A stretch of 32,000 nt of DNA from Candidatus Kuenenia stuttgartensis (lineage in GTDB: Bacteria > Planctomycetota > Brocadiia > Brocadiales > Brocadiaceae): contig NZ_LT934425.1 of assembly GCF_900232105.1 (NCBI RefSeq), forward strand, positions 360,001 to 392,000, written 5' to 3'. A program made the translations under genes and the position numbers. Positions within the stretch are counted from its first letter, which is position 1; every line of letters begins with the position of its first letter. The notes below the pieces were generated by a model. It saw nothing but the letters and a program-made list of their open reading frames with translations, was not told the DNA's origin and searched no databases. Positions 8,376 to 17,211 of the stretch are shown in pieces.

Positions 8376-10226
8376 TTATGGAATTGCTACCTTTTCAGGG
8401 TTCTGTTGCCTGCGTGTGGTTCTCCTTTCATTCTCCGTAAGAAATTTTTTTCTTAATCGAAATGTTTTAGGAGTAATTTCAACCAGCTCATCGTCTTCAA
8501 TATATTCAAGTGCCATTTCTAGTGAAAATTCTCTGTGCGGAGACAACTTAACGCTTTTCTCTCCGGTAGCCTGTCGGATATTCGTAGCCTTCTTCTCCCT
8601 TATCACGTTAACCACAATATCATTCTGTTCACAATGCTCACCAACTATCATCCCTTCATACACTTCTTCACCGGGTTTAACAAACATTATTCCACGATCA
8701 TGTAAACCCTCCAAAGCGTATGCCGTGGCCTCACCAGCAGCCATAGAAACCAATACGCCCTGCGTCCTGTGCACTATATCTCCTTTGTAAGGTTCGTAAT
8801 CATAAAAATTATGATGCATAACCGCCTCGCCCCGCGTAGAACTCAACAAACGGTTTCTCAAACCGATTAATCCACGCGAAGGCGCCTTAAATTCAAAATG
8901 TGTATATTGTTTTTCCGTCTTCATGCTGACAATTTCACCCTTTCTAGCCCCCAGAAGAGAAATCGCCTGTCCCTCCATTTCTTTTGGCACATCTATAACC
9001 ACATACTCCATCGGTTCCATTCTCTTCCCGTCTATTTCCTTAAAAATTACTTTCGGTTTTGATACCTGCAATTCATATCCTTCCCTGCGCATGTTTTCGA
9101 TTAATATTGAGAGATGTAATAATCCCCTTCCTGAAATGCAAAAAGCATCTGGCGAAGCTGTTTCGTCCACCTTAAGGGCAACGTTTGCACGTAATTCCCT
9201 AAACAATCTCTCCCTCAAATTTCTGCTGGTAACAAATTTTCCGTCCTTACCACAAAACGGAGAATTATTAACGGAAAATACCATGGAAAGGGTCGGTTCA
9301 TCAATATGTATCAACGGCATTGCTTGTGGATTTTCAACAGAAGTAATCGTATCACTTATATCAATATTCTCAATTCCCGTTAATGCTATGATGTCTCCAG
9401 CCATTGCCAACAGCGTTTTTTCCCTTGATAACCCCACAAACGCAAACAGATCAGTAATTTTATGCAAGGATTGTTTTCCTGTCTTATCAATTCTAACAAC
9501 TTGCTGGCCGGTGGTAATTGTGCCGGAAAAAATCCTGCCAATTCCAATCCTGCCGACATAGTCATTATAATCAAGCGATGCTATCTGCATTTGCAATGGG
9601 AATTCAGCGTCATAACATGGTTTTGGAACAAATTGTATAATTGCATCAAGGAGTGGTCTGATATCGCTGCTTTCATCATCAAGCGATAATTTGGCATAGC
9701 CGTTTCGTCCGCTTGCATATACAATTTTAAAATCCAATTGTTCGTCGTTGGCATCAAGGTCCACAAAGAGATCAAACACTTCATTGATTACATCCTGACA
9801 ACGGGCGTCAGGACGGTCTATCTTGTTAATTACAACAAGAGGATTCAGGTTATAACCAAGGGCTTTTCGCAGTACAAACCTGGTCTGAGGCATGACCCCC
9901 TCTGCCGCATCAACCAGCAGCAACACACCATCCGCCATTTTGAGCACCCGCTCCACTTCTCCGCCAAAATCAGCATGTCCTGGCGTATCTATTATATTTA
10001 TTTTCACTCCTTCGTAATTAATAGCAGTATTTTTTGCCAGTATGGTTATACCACGCTCACGCTCAAGGTCATTCGAATCCATGATTCTTTCACTATGCTG
10101 AATCTGCTGATTCACCCTAAACGTACCGCTCTGCTTAAGCAATTGATCAACCAGAGTCGTTTTGCCGTGATCAACATGGGCGATAATAGCTACATTACGA
10201 ACATTATCTCTTACCGTTTTTGCCAT
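8376..10226 (-). CDS. typA: Translational GTPase TypA/BipA
   Basis: About 616 aa from [30 protein letters not shown]; [25 protein letters not shown], full-length BipA C-terminal region. The ORF track extends to 10280, but ATG at 10226 is the more likely start. Confidence 0.95.
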   Translation of the reverse strand: MAKTVRDNVRNVAIIAHVDHGKTTLVDQLLKQSGTFRVNQQIQHSERIMDSNDLERERGITILAKNTAINYEGVKINIIDTPGHADFGGEVERVLKMADGVLLLVDAAEGVMPQTRFVLRKALGYNLNPLVVINKIDRPDARCQDVINEVFDLFVDLDANDEQLDFKIVYASGRNGYAKLSLDDESSDIRPLLDAIIQFVPKPCYDAEFPLQMQIASLDYNDYVGRIGIGRIFSGTITTGQQVVRIDKTGKQSLHKITDLFAFVGLSREKTLLAMAGDIIALTGIENIDISDTITSVENPQAMPLIHIDEPTLSMVFSVNNSPFCGKDGKFVTSRNLRERLFRELRANVALKVDETASPDAFCISGRGLLHLSILIENMRREGYELQVSKPKVIFKEIDGKRMEPMEYVVIDVPKEMEGQAISLLGARKGEIVSMKTEKQYTHFEFKAPSRGLIGLRNRLLSSTRGEAVMHHNFYDYEPYKGDIVHRTQGVLVSMAAGEATAYALEGLHDRGIMFVKPGEEVYEGMIVGEHCEQNDIVVNVIREKKATNIRQATGEKSVKLSPHREFSLEMALEYIEDDELVEITPKTFRLRKKFLTENERRTTRRQQNPEKVAIP

Positions 10227-10365
10227 TCTTTTCCTCAAATTTCTTATGGAAACATTACAATGCTTCTCTTGTGAACTCAAAATAAAAAAGCCGCTACGAA
10301 TAACGAAGCGGCATAGAATAAGATTAACTTTTTATTAAATATACACTATTCCAGATAGATTATTA

Positions 10366-10598
10366 CAGACAATATTTTTTCTGTCAATAAAAATAAACCA
10401 TCCTGAGGATTTAAGTCACACAGTCTTCCTCATTTTTAGGTTCGGGAAATGCGTTCTTAATTGGCAAGCATAGCATTAGCTATTCCCTGAATGACTGCTT
10501 AAAATATCCTTTCTTTTTCTGTTTCCCTCTAATTGAATAATAAGGAACAACACCCCGATAACCTGCCAAAGAAATAAGGATTCAGGGGTTTTCCAGAA
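10366..10598. repeat. Perfect 233-bp direct repeat, copy 1
   Basis: By eye identical to 11552-11784 (constant offset of 1186, no indels); begins CAGACAATATTTTTTCTGTCAATAAAAATAAACC, ends GGGGTTTTCCAGAA. Confidence 0.92.
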
Positions 10599-10700
10599 TA
10601 TATATATATTGTATTGACCATACAAAAAAAAGATGATGAAGTTGGGACATAGTCATGCAATAGTGTTTCGAAACAATATTTTGTATGTTTTGAAAAAGAT
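10502..10700 (-). pseudogene. Internally deleted remnant of the O-antigen-ligase-family gene found intact at 11662-12975
   Basis: The 3' coding end (inside the 233-bp repeat) is joined to a central fragment. The ORF at 10529-10759 contains FSKHTKYCFETLLHDYVP..FFCMVNTI, matching FSKNTKYCFETLLHDYVPYFIIFFCMVNTI of the intact gene. Confidence 0.85.
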
Positions 10701-10896
10701 GTCGATTTCAATAACCTGCCCTTCGTATTTATCCTTATATCGAATATTAGAATACACAAAGAACTTGAATTTATTATATTTATTCAATATAGTCTTTACT
10801 TACATCTGTTGCTCCCTGGTAATGAATGGAATTGGTGTTTCATTCATTTAATAAGGGTTTACAGCAGATCCACACTCTTCTTTCTTTTTACTCATA

Positions 10897-10909
10897 GATT
10901 TTACTGAAG
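10897..10909. repeat. 13-bp direct repeat GATTTTACTGAAG (left of gene pair)
   Basis: Identical 13-mer at 11539-11551, bracketing the two-gene cassette. Confidence 0.6.
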
Positions 10910-10956
10910 AGCCATAAAGTTATACCACGTAAAATTACTTTCACGTAAGAAAACTA

Positions 10957-11289
10957 ATGAATTTGCCTAATGCAGATCAGGCACAAGTAGATCGTAAAAA
11001 AATTACGGAATACTTGTTGTGTACATCACATCCGGATGGGAGCAATAAAGCGGTCTTTTTATCTCAATTTGGTTTCACGCTGGAAAATTGGAGAATATTA
11101 GCAGAATCTTTGCGCAAACATGGGGCAACCTATAATGTGGTAAAAGTCGTTGAATCTGAATATGGCACACGTTATAGTGTCGATGGATTGTTAGAAACAC
11201 CGGATAGCCGCAATCCGTATATAAGGACTGTTTGGATAATAGAAAAAAAGTCTACAACACCAAGATTGATTACTGCACACCCAAAATAG
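10957..11289 (+). CDS. DUF6883-like small protein
   Basis: 110 aa: NLPNADQAQVDRKKITEYLLCTSHPDGSNKAVFLSQFGFTLENWRILAESLRKHG...YGTRYSVDGLLETPDSRNPYIRTVWIIE. Matches the DUF6883 pattern from memory. Confidence 0.75.
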   Translation: MNLPNADQAQVDRKKITEYLLCTSHPDGSNKAVFLSQFGFTLENWRILAESLRKHGATYNVVKVVESEYGTRYSVDGLLETPDSRNPYIRTVWIIEKKSTTPRLITAHPK

Positions 11290-11298
11290 GAGGAAACC

Positions 11299-11529
11299 AT
11301 GATAAAAGAGCATGACCGAATTGTTTTGTTGAAAGATTTACCGGAGGATGGTTTACAGGCTGGTGATGTCGGTACGGTTATTCACATTCATCGTCAAGGT
11401 GAAGCATTTGAAGTCGAATTTATGACACTTGACGGTGGAACAGTTGCTGTTACAACTTTGCTTTCATCTCAAATACGAGCAGTTAGTAAAAGGGACATAA
11501 CCCATGTTAGAGAGCTTGCTGTCTCTTGA
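11299..11529 (+). CDS. DUF4926-like small protein
   Basis: 76 aa: MIKEHDRIVLLKDLPEDGLQAGDVGTVIHIHRQGEAFEVEFMTLDGGTVAVTTLLSSQIRAV. Good Shine-Dalgarno (TAGGAGGAAACC) 9 nt after the upstream stop. Confidence 0.78.
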   Translation: MIKEHDRIVLLKDLPEDGLQAGDVGTVIHIHRQGEAFEVEFMTLDGGTVAVTTLLSSQIRAVSKRDITHVRELAVS

Positions 11530-11538
11530 TTAAAAAAG

Positions 11539-11551
11539 GATTTTACTGAAG
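11539..11551. repeat. 13-bp direct repeat GATTTTACTGAAG (right of gene pair)
   Basis: Identical to 10897-10909; ends exactly where the 233-bp repeat begins. Confidence 0.6.
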
Positions 11552-11784
11552 CAGACAATATTTTTTCTGTCAATAAAAATAAACCATCCTGAGGATTTAA
11601 GTCACACAGTCTTCCTCATTTTTAGGTTCGGGAAATGCGTTCTTAATTGGCAAGCATAGCATTAGCTATTCCCTGAATGACTGCTTAAAATATCCTTTCT
11701 TTTTCTGTTTCCCTCTAATTGAATAATAAGGAACAACACCCCGATAACCTGCCAAAGAAATAAGGATTCAGGGGTTTTCCAGAA
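11552..11784. repeat. Perfect 233-bp direct repeat, copy 2
   Basis: See 10366-10598. Contains the 3' end of the intact ligase gene. Confidence 0.92.
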
Positions 11785-12975
11785 AATATCAGTTAATCCG
11801 TGGGAAATCAGCGAAACAAGACCGGCTGAAACACCTACAAGCAGCATTTTTTCGAATCTATTTTCTGCAATTGATTTTATCGCTTTTATTGTTCTATAAA
11901 ATATTATGGTAAACATCCATAGGAAGATCGCTAATCCAAATATCCCCGTTTCCACCCACATATGCAGTATAATATTATGCGCATGCGAAAGACTTTCAAC
12001 CTTTTGCACTTTTTTCTTCTTAATAGTCTTCGCAGGAATATCCCCAAGAGATTTCTTTTCTTTTTCTCTAATCTCCTTTCTGTATGTTTCATATATATCC
12101 CTGAAGTTTCTTTTTCCTGGCCCGATCCCCAGCAACGGATGATCAAGAATAATCGCAATCGACGCCTTCCAGCACATCAACCTTTCTCCAAGAATCTTGT
12201 TCGACGAAAAGAATTTATCATATTGTGTGATGGTTTTGGCGTGCATGGAATATTTCGATGGCAAAAGCACAAACAATAAAGGACACATAGCAATTATCGC
12301 AATGAGCAAGTACTTTTTTTTCAACATGAACGCTATATAAATCACAGCAACCATATTTGCGAACCAGCTTGCCCTGCTCATCGTCAGAACTATTGCATAT
12401 CCGCTTACAAAAACAAGACATCCAAGCCAAAACCTAACAAATATGCTTCTGTAATAAAAAAACAGACAAATAGCAATCGGCAGGAACAATGAAATATATT
12501 TTGCAATCCTTGAGTGATACTTAAATGTAGCAATTAACCTGTCATCTCTTGCGGCAATTCCCGTATAATACCCATACAAACCATATGCACATACCAGCCC
12601 ACAGGTAATAAGCATTGCCTTTATTATGCGTTTCACTTGTTCAATACTGTGTATTGTATTGACCATACAAAAAAAGATGATGAAGTACGGGACATAGTCG
12701 TGCAGGAGTGTTTCGAAACAATACTTTGTATTTTTTGAAAAAATTGATGCTATTATCAGATAAATAAAAAATACCAGTATGGGTATGTTAAGCGCTGTTT
12801 TCTCAAAGATAATCCGTTTCTCAAGCACCATCTGATACGCCAGGCATCCAACCATGGTCACCAAACACATCATCTTAATGACATCAGCGCCGAAAGGAAA
12901 AAATGTTAAAATAAAAAAATACGTAATAAATGCATACTCTGATACCTGACTTATTTTACTATTTTTCGTATTCAT
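11662..12975 (-). CDS. O-antigen ligase / Wzy-like polymerase family membrane protein
   Basis: Multi-pass membrane protein with the conserved loop ILDHPLLGIGPGKRNFRDIY...SHAHNIILHMWVETGIFGLAIFLWM. The ORF-track start at 13044 (TTG, MLEFFKKLKC) lies in a repeat arm; ATG at 12975 (MNTKNSKIS) is more plausible. Confidence 0.9.
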   Translation of the reverse strand: MNTKNSKISQVSEYAFITYFFILTFFPFGADVIKMMCLVTMVGCLAYQMVLEKRIIFEKTALNIPILVFFIYLIIASIFSKNTKYCFETLLHDYVPYFIIFFCMVNTIHSIEQVKRIIKAMLITCGLVCAYGLYGYYTGIAARDDRLIATFKYHSRIAKYISLFLPIAICLFFYYRSIFVRFWLGCLVFVSGYAIVLTMSRASWFANMVAVIYIAFMLKKKYLLIAIIAMCPLLFVLLPSKYSMHAKTITQYDKFFSSNKILGERLMCWKASIAIILDHPLLGIGPGKRNFRDIYETYRKEIREKEKKSLGDIPAKTIKKKKVQKVESLSHAHNIILHMWVETGIFGLAIFLWMFTIIFYRTIKAIKSIAENRFEKMLLVGVSAGLVSLISHGLTDIFWKTPESLFLWQVIGVLFLIIQLEGNRKRKDILSSHSGNS

Positions 12976-13011
12976 CAATAGTAGTTTTGCCCGCCTATTC
13001 CTTAATAATTC

Positions 13012-13149
13012 GTTACACTTTAGTTTTTTGAAAAATTCCAACAATCAAAAAGTAGGGGCGAAGCATTTGCTGTAAATGGTCATAAATACGTTAATACCCA
13101 AACGGGCAAATGCTTCGCCCCCTGCTTTTTCAAAAAACCAAAGTGTTAA
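13012..13149. repeat. Palindromic (MITE-like) element, copy B
   Basis: GTTACACTTTAGTTTTTTGAAAAATTCCAACAATCAAAAAG + TAGGGGCGAAGCATTTGCTGTAAATGG...CCCAAACGGGCAAATGCTTCGCCCCC + TGCTTTTTCAAAAAACCAAAGTGTTAA. Confidence 0.88.
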
Positions 13150-13157
13150 AATAATTC

Positions 13158-14114
13158 TTATTTACCTGGTTTTGCCGACCGTAATCCCATCCAATCAGGA
13201 CATAACAATACATGCCATTGAAAAAGCCTGCAATATATTGTCAACCGGTATCTCAACTTCCTGCTAAGAAACATAACAATGCCGTTCCCCGCGCTATTGA
13301 TGATTAAATTGAATAAAATCTTCATAACATACAATATTCTGAAGGTAACGTAAACATCACGGGAATAATTCTTTTTAAAAAAAAGATACAATGACCGGCA
13401 ATACTCAATTTGCGATTGCCACGGCGCTTTTCTCTTGCTCTCTCCCCCCAGATGAATCACCCTGGCGTCGGGGACATGCCACACTCTCCACCCTGCATTT
13501 TTCATGCGATAGCACCAGTCAGTCTCTTCAAGAAAGAAAAAATATCTCTCATCCAATGTACCGACTTTTTTTATTGCCTCATTCCTTACCATAATACATG
13601 CCCCTATAACTGATTCTATTTCGACGGGCTGCGTGATGACGCGTTTCTTACTCAGGTATTTATCAGGAAACAACCATCGCAAGAAACTTTTATTCAATAA
13701 CTCAGATGCCAGGGTTGGATAATTATCAAAACTGTTTTGTTTCATACCGTTTAGTTTTAATAGTTGAACACCGGCAATTCCCGCATCATTATGGGATTCC
13801 ATAAAAGCATGCAATATCCGCAACGTATTTTTTTCTAAAATCGCATCTGTATTAAGCAATACATAATATTTTGGGGAAATAGCCGTTATTGCCTGATTCA
13901 CCGCAGCGGCAAACCCCTTGTTTTCCCTGTTCTCTATAATATGCACTCCGGAATACCTGTTACGCACCGCCACAACACTGTCATCTTTCGATCCGTTATC
14001 CACGACACAAATTTTAATACTACAATCTGTATCAGATTCATAAACGGATGCAATGCATTTCAACAACAGGTCTTTTGTGTTCCAGTTGACAATAATAATA
14101 CACAGGTCATTCAT
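13158..14114 (-). CDS. Glycosyltransferase family 2 (rhamnosyltransferase-like)
   Basis: 318 aa: LCIIIVNWNTKDLLLKCIASVYES...KICVVDNGSKDDSV...YYVLLNTDAIL...YFFFLEETDWCYRMKNAGWRVWHVPDARVIHLGG. Confidence 0.93.
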   Translation of the reverse strand: MNDLCIIIVNWNTKDLLLKCIASVYESDTDCSIKICVVDNGSKDDSVVAVRNRYSGVHIIENRENKGFAAAVNQAITAISPKYYVLLNTDAILEKNTLRILHAFMESHNDAGIAGVQLLKLNGMKQNSFDNYPTLASELLNKSFLRWLFPDKYLSKKRVITQPVEIESVIGACIMVRNEAIKKVGTLDERYFFFLEETDWCYRMKNAGWRVWHVPDARVIHLGGESKRKAPWQSQIEYCRSLYLFFKKNYSRDVYVTFRILYVMKILFNLIINSAGNGIVMFLSRKLRYRLTIYCRLFQWHVLLCPDWMGLRSAKPGK

Positions 14115-14998
14115 GAATGAAACAAGTAGTATCTCAAGGTTCTGATATTAATCGGATCCATTTTCAACGAAAGGCGAAAATTTTCCCTTGCCACAACTTT
14201 ATCGCCCATTCGCGTATAATGTCTGCCGATTTTAGCATAATGTGCGGCTAAACGTTTTTTATACATTTTTTCGTTAATGCCGTTCTCACTGTCTTTAAAC
14301 ATAGTATATATCTTATCAATGATCACTTTCTGATATTTCAGGACATTATTGCGGTTTTTACTTAGAGATTTGGCACTATGCCTGTATTTCACCAGCGGAA
14401 CGTCTATGCCAATCGCTTTGTAATAGAATGCGATTCTCAGCCACATGTCCCAATCCTGGCAATTTACCAGTCCAGAATCAAATAAAGCCGTTTTATTAAA
14501 CACCTCTTTACGAACCACAACGGAAGAACATATTATAAAATTTTGTTCAAAGAATAATTGAGTGAAGATATTGCCAGATGGCAATCTTCTCCTGATCTTT
14601 CCTTCCAGAAACTGGCTTTTTGAGTCTATATTTATATGTTTTGAATATACCATTCCAGCATCAGGATTTTTCATGAATTGGTCAATTGACATCTCCAGTT
14701 TCTCCGGCATCCAAATATCATCGGCATCAAGGAATGCGACATACTCTCCCTTCGCCGACTGAATGCCCAGATTTCTTGCCGTTGGAAGCCCTTCATTGCG
14801 CCCTAAATCAATATACTTTATCTTTTCCATATAAGGCTTCAATACCAGCTTCGTGTTGTCAGTAGAACCATCATCAATCACAACAACTTCATACGCATCG
14901 TATGTCTGTGCAAGAACTGATTCAATTGATTCCTGTAAATAAACCGCACAGTTATAGGTAGGCATAATAACAGAAACCAGAGGTTTTTTATTTGCCAT
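14111..14998 (-). CDS. Glycosyltransferase family 2
   Basis: MANKKPLVSVIMPTYNCAVYLQESIESVLAQTYDAYEVVVIDDGSTDNT...NLGLPTARNLGIQSAKGEYVAFLDADD, a textbook GT-A/GT2 protein. Confidence 0.95.
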   Translation of the reverse strand: MANKKPLVSVIMPTYNCAVYLQESIESVLAQTYDAYEVVVIDDGSTDNTKLVLKPYMEKIKYIDLGRNEGLPTARNLGIQSAKGEYVAFLDADDIWMPEKLEMSIDQFMKNPDAGMVYSKHINIDSKSQFLEGKIRRRLPSGNIFTQLFFEQNFIICSSVVVRKEVFNKTALFDSGLVNCQDWDMWLRIAFYYKAIGIDVPLVKYRHSAKSLSKNRNNVLKYQKVIIDKIYTMFKDSENGINEKMYKKRLAAHYAKIGRHYTRMGDKVVARENFRLSLKMDPINIRTLRYYLFHS

Positions 14999-15051
14999 AA
15001 GCACAGATTACACTTTTTTTGTAATGCATAGAAAACTATCCTTCTTACTAT

Positions 15052-16140
15052 TTATGGCCTGGTGCTCTTTATACATTCTTCATATAATGCGTATATTTCG
15101 CCGCCAACATTCTCCAGATCATATTTACGCCCCTGAGCGGCAGAGCGTTTTGAAAATTCAAAAAGCATATCTTTTTGAGAAAATAAGGCAAGTAATCTTT
15201 CTGCAATTTCCTTTGGATCATCTCCCGCCACAAACCCATCAATACCGTCATGGACGATTTCCTCAACAAAATCTCTCTTTAGACAGATAGCAGGTTTCCC
15301 CAACACCTGACATTGCCTTAAAGCCCTCGCTGTTCCATCAGAACCGGCAACCGTATAAAACATTACGTCAAAGCAATGTACGGCGTCCCAGTAATCCAGT
15401 CTCTTGTACCCGCCGAAAATCACACTATCCTCTAATTTATTTTTCTTAACCGGCATTACCGCCAGTTTATTCAGATTAGGGCCCCTTCCCAGCAGTAAAA
15501 ACTTAATATTTTTACCGGATTCCTTTATTATTTTAACGACTTCAACAACCAGTTCAAATTTTCTGTGATGCTGCACTCTCATGACAAGGCCAACCACAAA
15601 ATCATCATCATTTAAACCAAATTCCGGCCTGATATTTTTTGGTTTTTTTGGTATTTGATGAATATCCAGCCACGGTTTTAAACAAACTACCTTCCTGAAA
15701 TCGTTCTGCAGCATATCTCTTAATTTAAGGCTAAATACCGTGAAAACATCCGCCTTTTTGCAAATTGTTTTTTTCAAAAAACCGGGCGGAGTAACATTGA
15801 AATCGGTAAATATTTTTACCGCCTTATGCGAACTCCCCAGGTGCACAGCAAGGTCTCTATCACGAAAGAAATGAATGATGTCAGGATCAAATTGTTGAAC
15901 AACCTGCTTTGCCACACGTCTGTTTCTCATCATTGCGCCAATCCCACCGCGCTTAGCAAGGGTTTGTACCGTTTTTACCCTGCCGGATTCCACATGAAAA
16001 ATCAAGCCTGTATCCGGAATTTTAGGCACACTCGTCAACAACATAACGTCGGCCTTTTTGCTCATATAATTACACAACTCAACAATAGGCTGCGAAGGCC
16101 CCGTCCACTTGTGATCAGAATACAGGTAGAGAATTTTCAT
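15052..16140 (-). CDS. Glycosyltransferase family 4-like
   Basis: MKILYLYSDHKWTGPSQPIVELCNYMSKKADVMLLTS...VGLVMRVQHHRKFELVVEVVKIIKESGKNIKFLLLGRGPN...GTARALRQCQVLGKPAICLKRDFVEEIVHDGIDGF. The donor-site E is replaced in a TARALR context. Confidence 0.85.
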   Translation of the reverse strand: MKILYLYSDHKWTGPSQPIVELCNYMSKKADVMLLTSVPKIPDTGLIFHVESGRVKTVQTLAKRGGIGAMMRNRRVAKQVVQQFDPDIIHFFRDRDLAVHLGSSHKAVKIFTDFNVTPPGFLKKTICKKADVFTVFSLKLRDMLQNDFRKVVCLKPWLDIHQIPKKPKNIRPEFGLNDDDFVVGLVMRVQHHRKFELVVEVVKIIKESGKNIKFLLLGRGPNLNKLAVMPVKKNKLEDSVIFGGYKRLDYWDAVHCFDVMFYTVAGSDGTARALRQCQVLGKPAICLKRDFVEEIVHDGIDGFVAGDDPKEIAERLLALFSQKDMLFEFSKRSAAQGRKYDLENVGGEIYALYEECIKSTRP

Positions 16141-16207
16141 AATCAATGCTTTTGTGTATTTTAAATACCGTTATTTCGCAGTGGAAACTTTTCCACCCTC
16201 TATTACG

Positions 16208-17200
16208 TTAAACACCCCTGATAACATTTATAAATTTCGGCGCATTCGCCTGTAATGAATATCCGGCATCTAATGTCTTTCTCCCTGCCAGCCCCATACG
16301 CCTTCTCAGCGCCGCATCATCGGCCAGGCATTTTATCTTCTCTGCCCACTCATCAACACTTGAAGCAAACATGCCGCTCACGCCTTCCTCAACAATCTCA
16401 CTGTGAACTCCCACCGGTGAACATACTACGGGAACGCCCACTGCGAAATATTGAAGCAGCTTTGTAGCGCACTTGCCCCTTGTCCATTCATGATTCGGCA
16501 AAGGCGCCAAGCCTATATCAATGCCTTGTAAATCAGCATTTTCGTCTTCAATTGCCCATATCTTTTTGTGTACAGGCATTGTTTTGCAATCAATAAATTC
16601 GTTGCAAATAATCTTCAGTTCCAGCGATTTATTCTGTTCTGCCAACTTATCAAAAGCAGGCGTCAATTCCTGTATGAACGGAAGCGATGACTTGCTTCCG
16701 ATCCATCCTATGGTTATCTTTTCCTTCCTGGTATCATAATTCCTGACCGAATACTTGCCCGTATCTATTGCAGTAGGGATAATAGTTACGTTATTATTGT
16801 AAGGCAATGCCTTTGATTTCAGATACGAATTGCCTGCAATTACAGAATCGGCAAACCGCACCATTCTGGCAAATGTCCGCTGTCTTTTAAACGATCTTCG
16901 GCGTCCATCTACCGGGCTTTTGTACATCACCGCATCGTCAAAATCATATATTATTTTGATGCACTTTCTCTTCAGATACCAAAGTTGCCAATACCACAGC
17001 CTCTTTTTCTGGACATACAATACATCATAACCATTCATTTGAGAAAACAATTTCATCCATTGCCAGAACGAACCGGGGAAAAGTGATACTGTATATGCTA
17101 TATGTGCTTCATTTAAGTAGGGAAGATACTGCAACACCCTGTATCTGCTTGCAGGGTGTTCCCATTCCTGTATTAAAAAATAGACTCTTTTTGTTTCCAT
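16208..17200 (-). CDS. Glycosyltransferase (GT4-like)
   Basis: KRVYFLIQEWEHPASRYRVLQYLPYLNEAHIAY...DFDDAVMYKSP...ITIGWIGSKSSLPFIQEL...GKCATKLLQYFAVGVPVVCSPVGVHSEIVEEGVSGMFA. The ORF track starts at 17242; ATG at 17200 avoids overlapping the upstream gene. Confidence 0.9.
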   Translation of the reverse strand: METKRVYFLIQEWEHPASRYRVLQYLPYLNEAHIAYTVSLFPGSFWQWMKLFSQMNGYDVLYVQKKRLWYWQLWYLKRKCIKIIYDFDDAVMYKSPVDGRRRSFKRQRTFARMVRFADSVIAGNSYLKSKALPYNNNVTIIPTAIDTGKYSVRNYDTRKEKITIGWIGSKSSLPFIQELTPAFDKLAEQNKSLELKIICNEFIDCKTMPVHKKIWAIEDENADLQGIDIGLAPLPNHEWTRGKCATKLLQYFAVGVPVVCSPVGVHSEIVEEGVSGMFASSVDEWAEKIKCLADDAALRRRMGLAGRKTLDAGYSLQANAPKFINVIRGV

Positions 17201-17211
17201 AACTATGATAG

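Noticed and set aside
8353-8790. 145-aa plus-strand ORF and other long ORFs antisense to typA (e.g. 8923-9561)
   Set aside because: Fully antisense to the well-supported typA gene and without any recognisable motif.
13012-13044. ORF-track start of the O-antigen ligase at 13044
   Set aside because: TTG start inside a repeat arm; ATG at 12975 gives a normal N-terminus.
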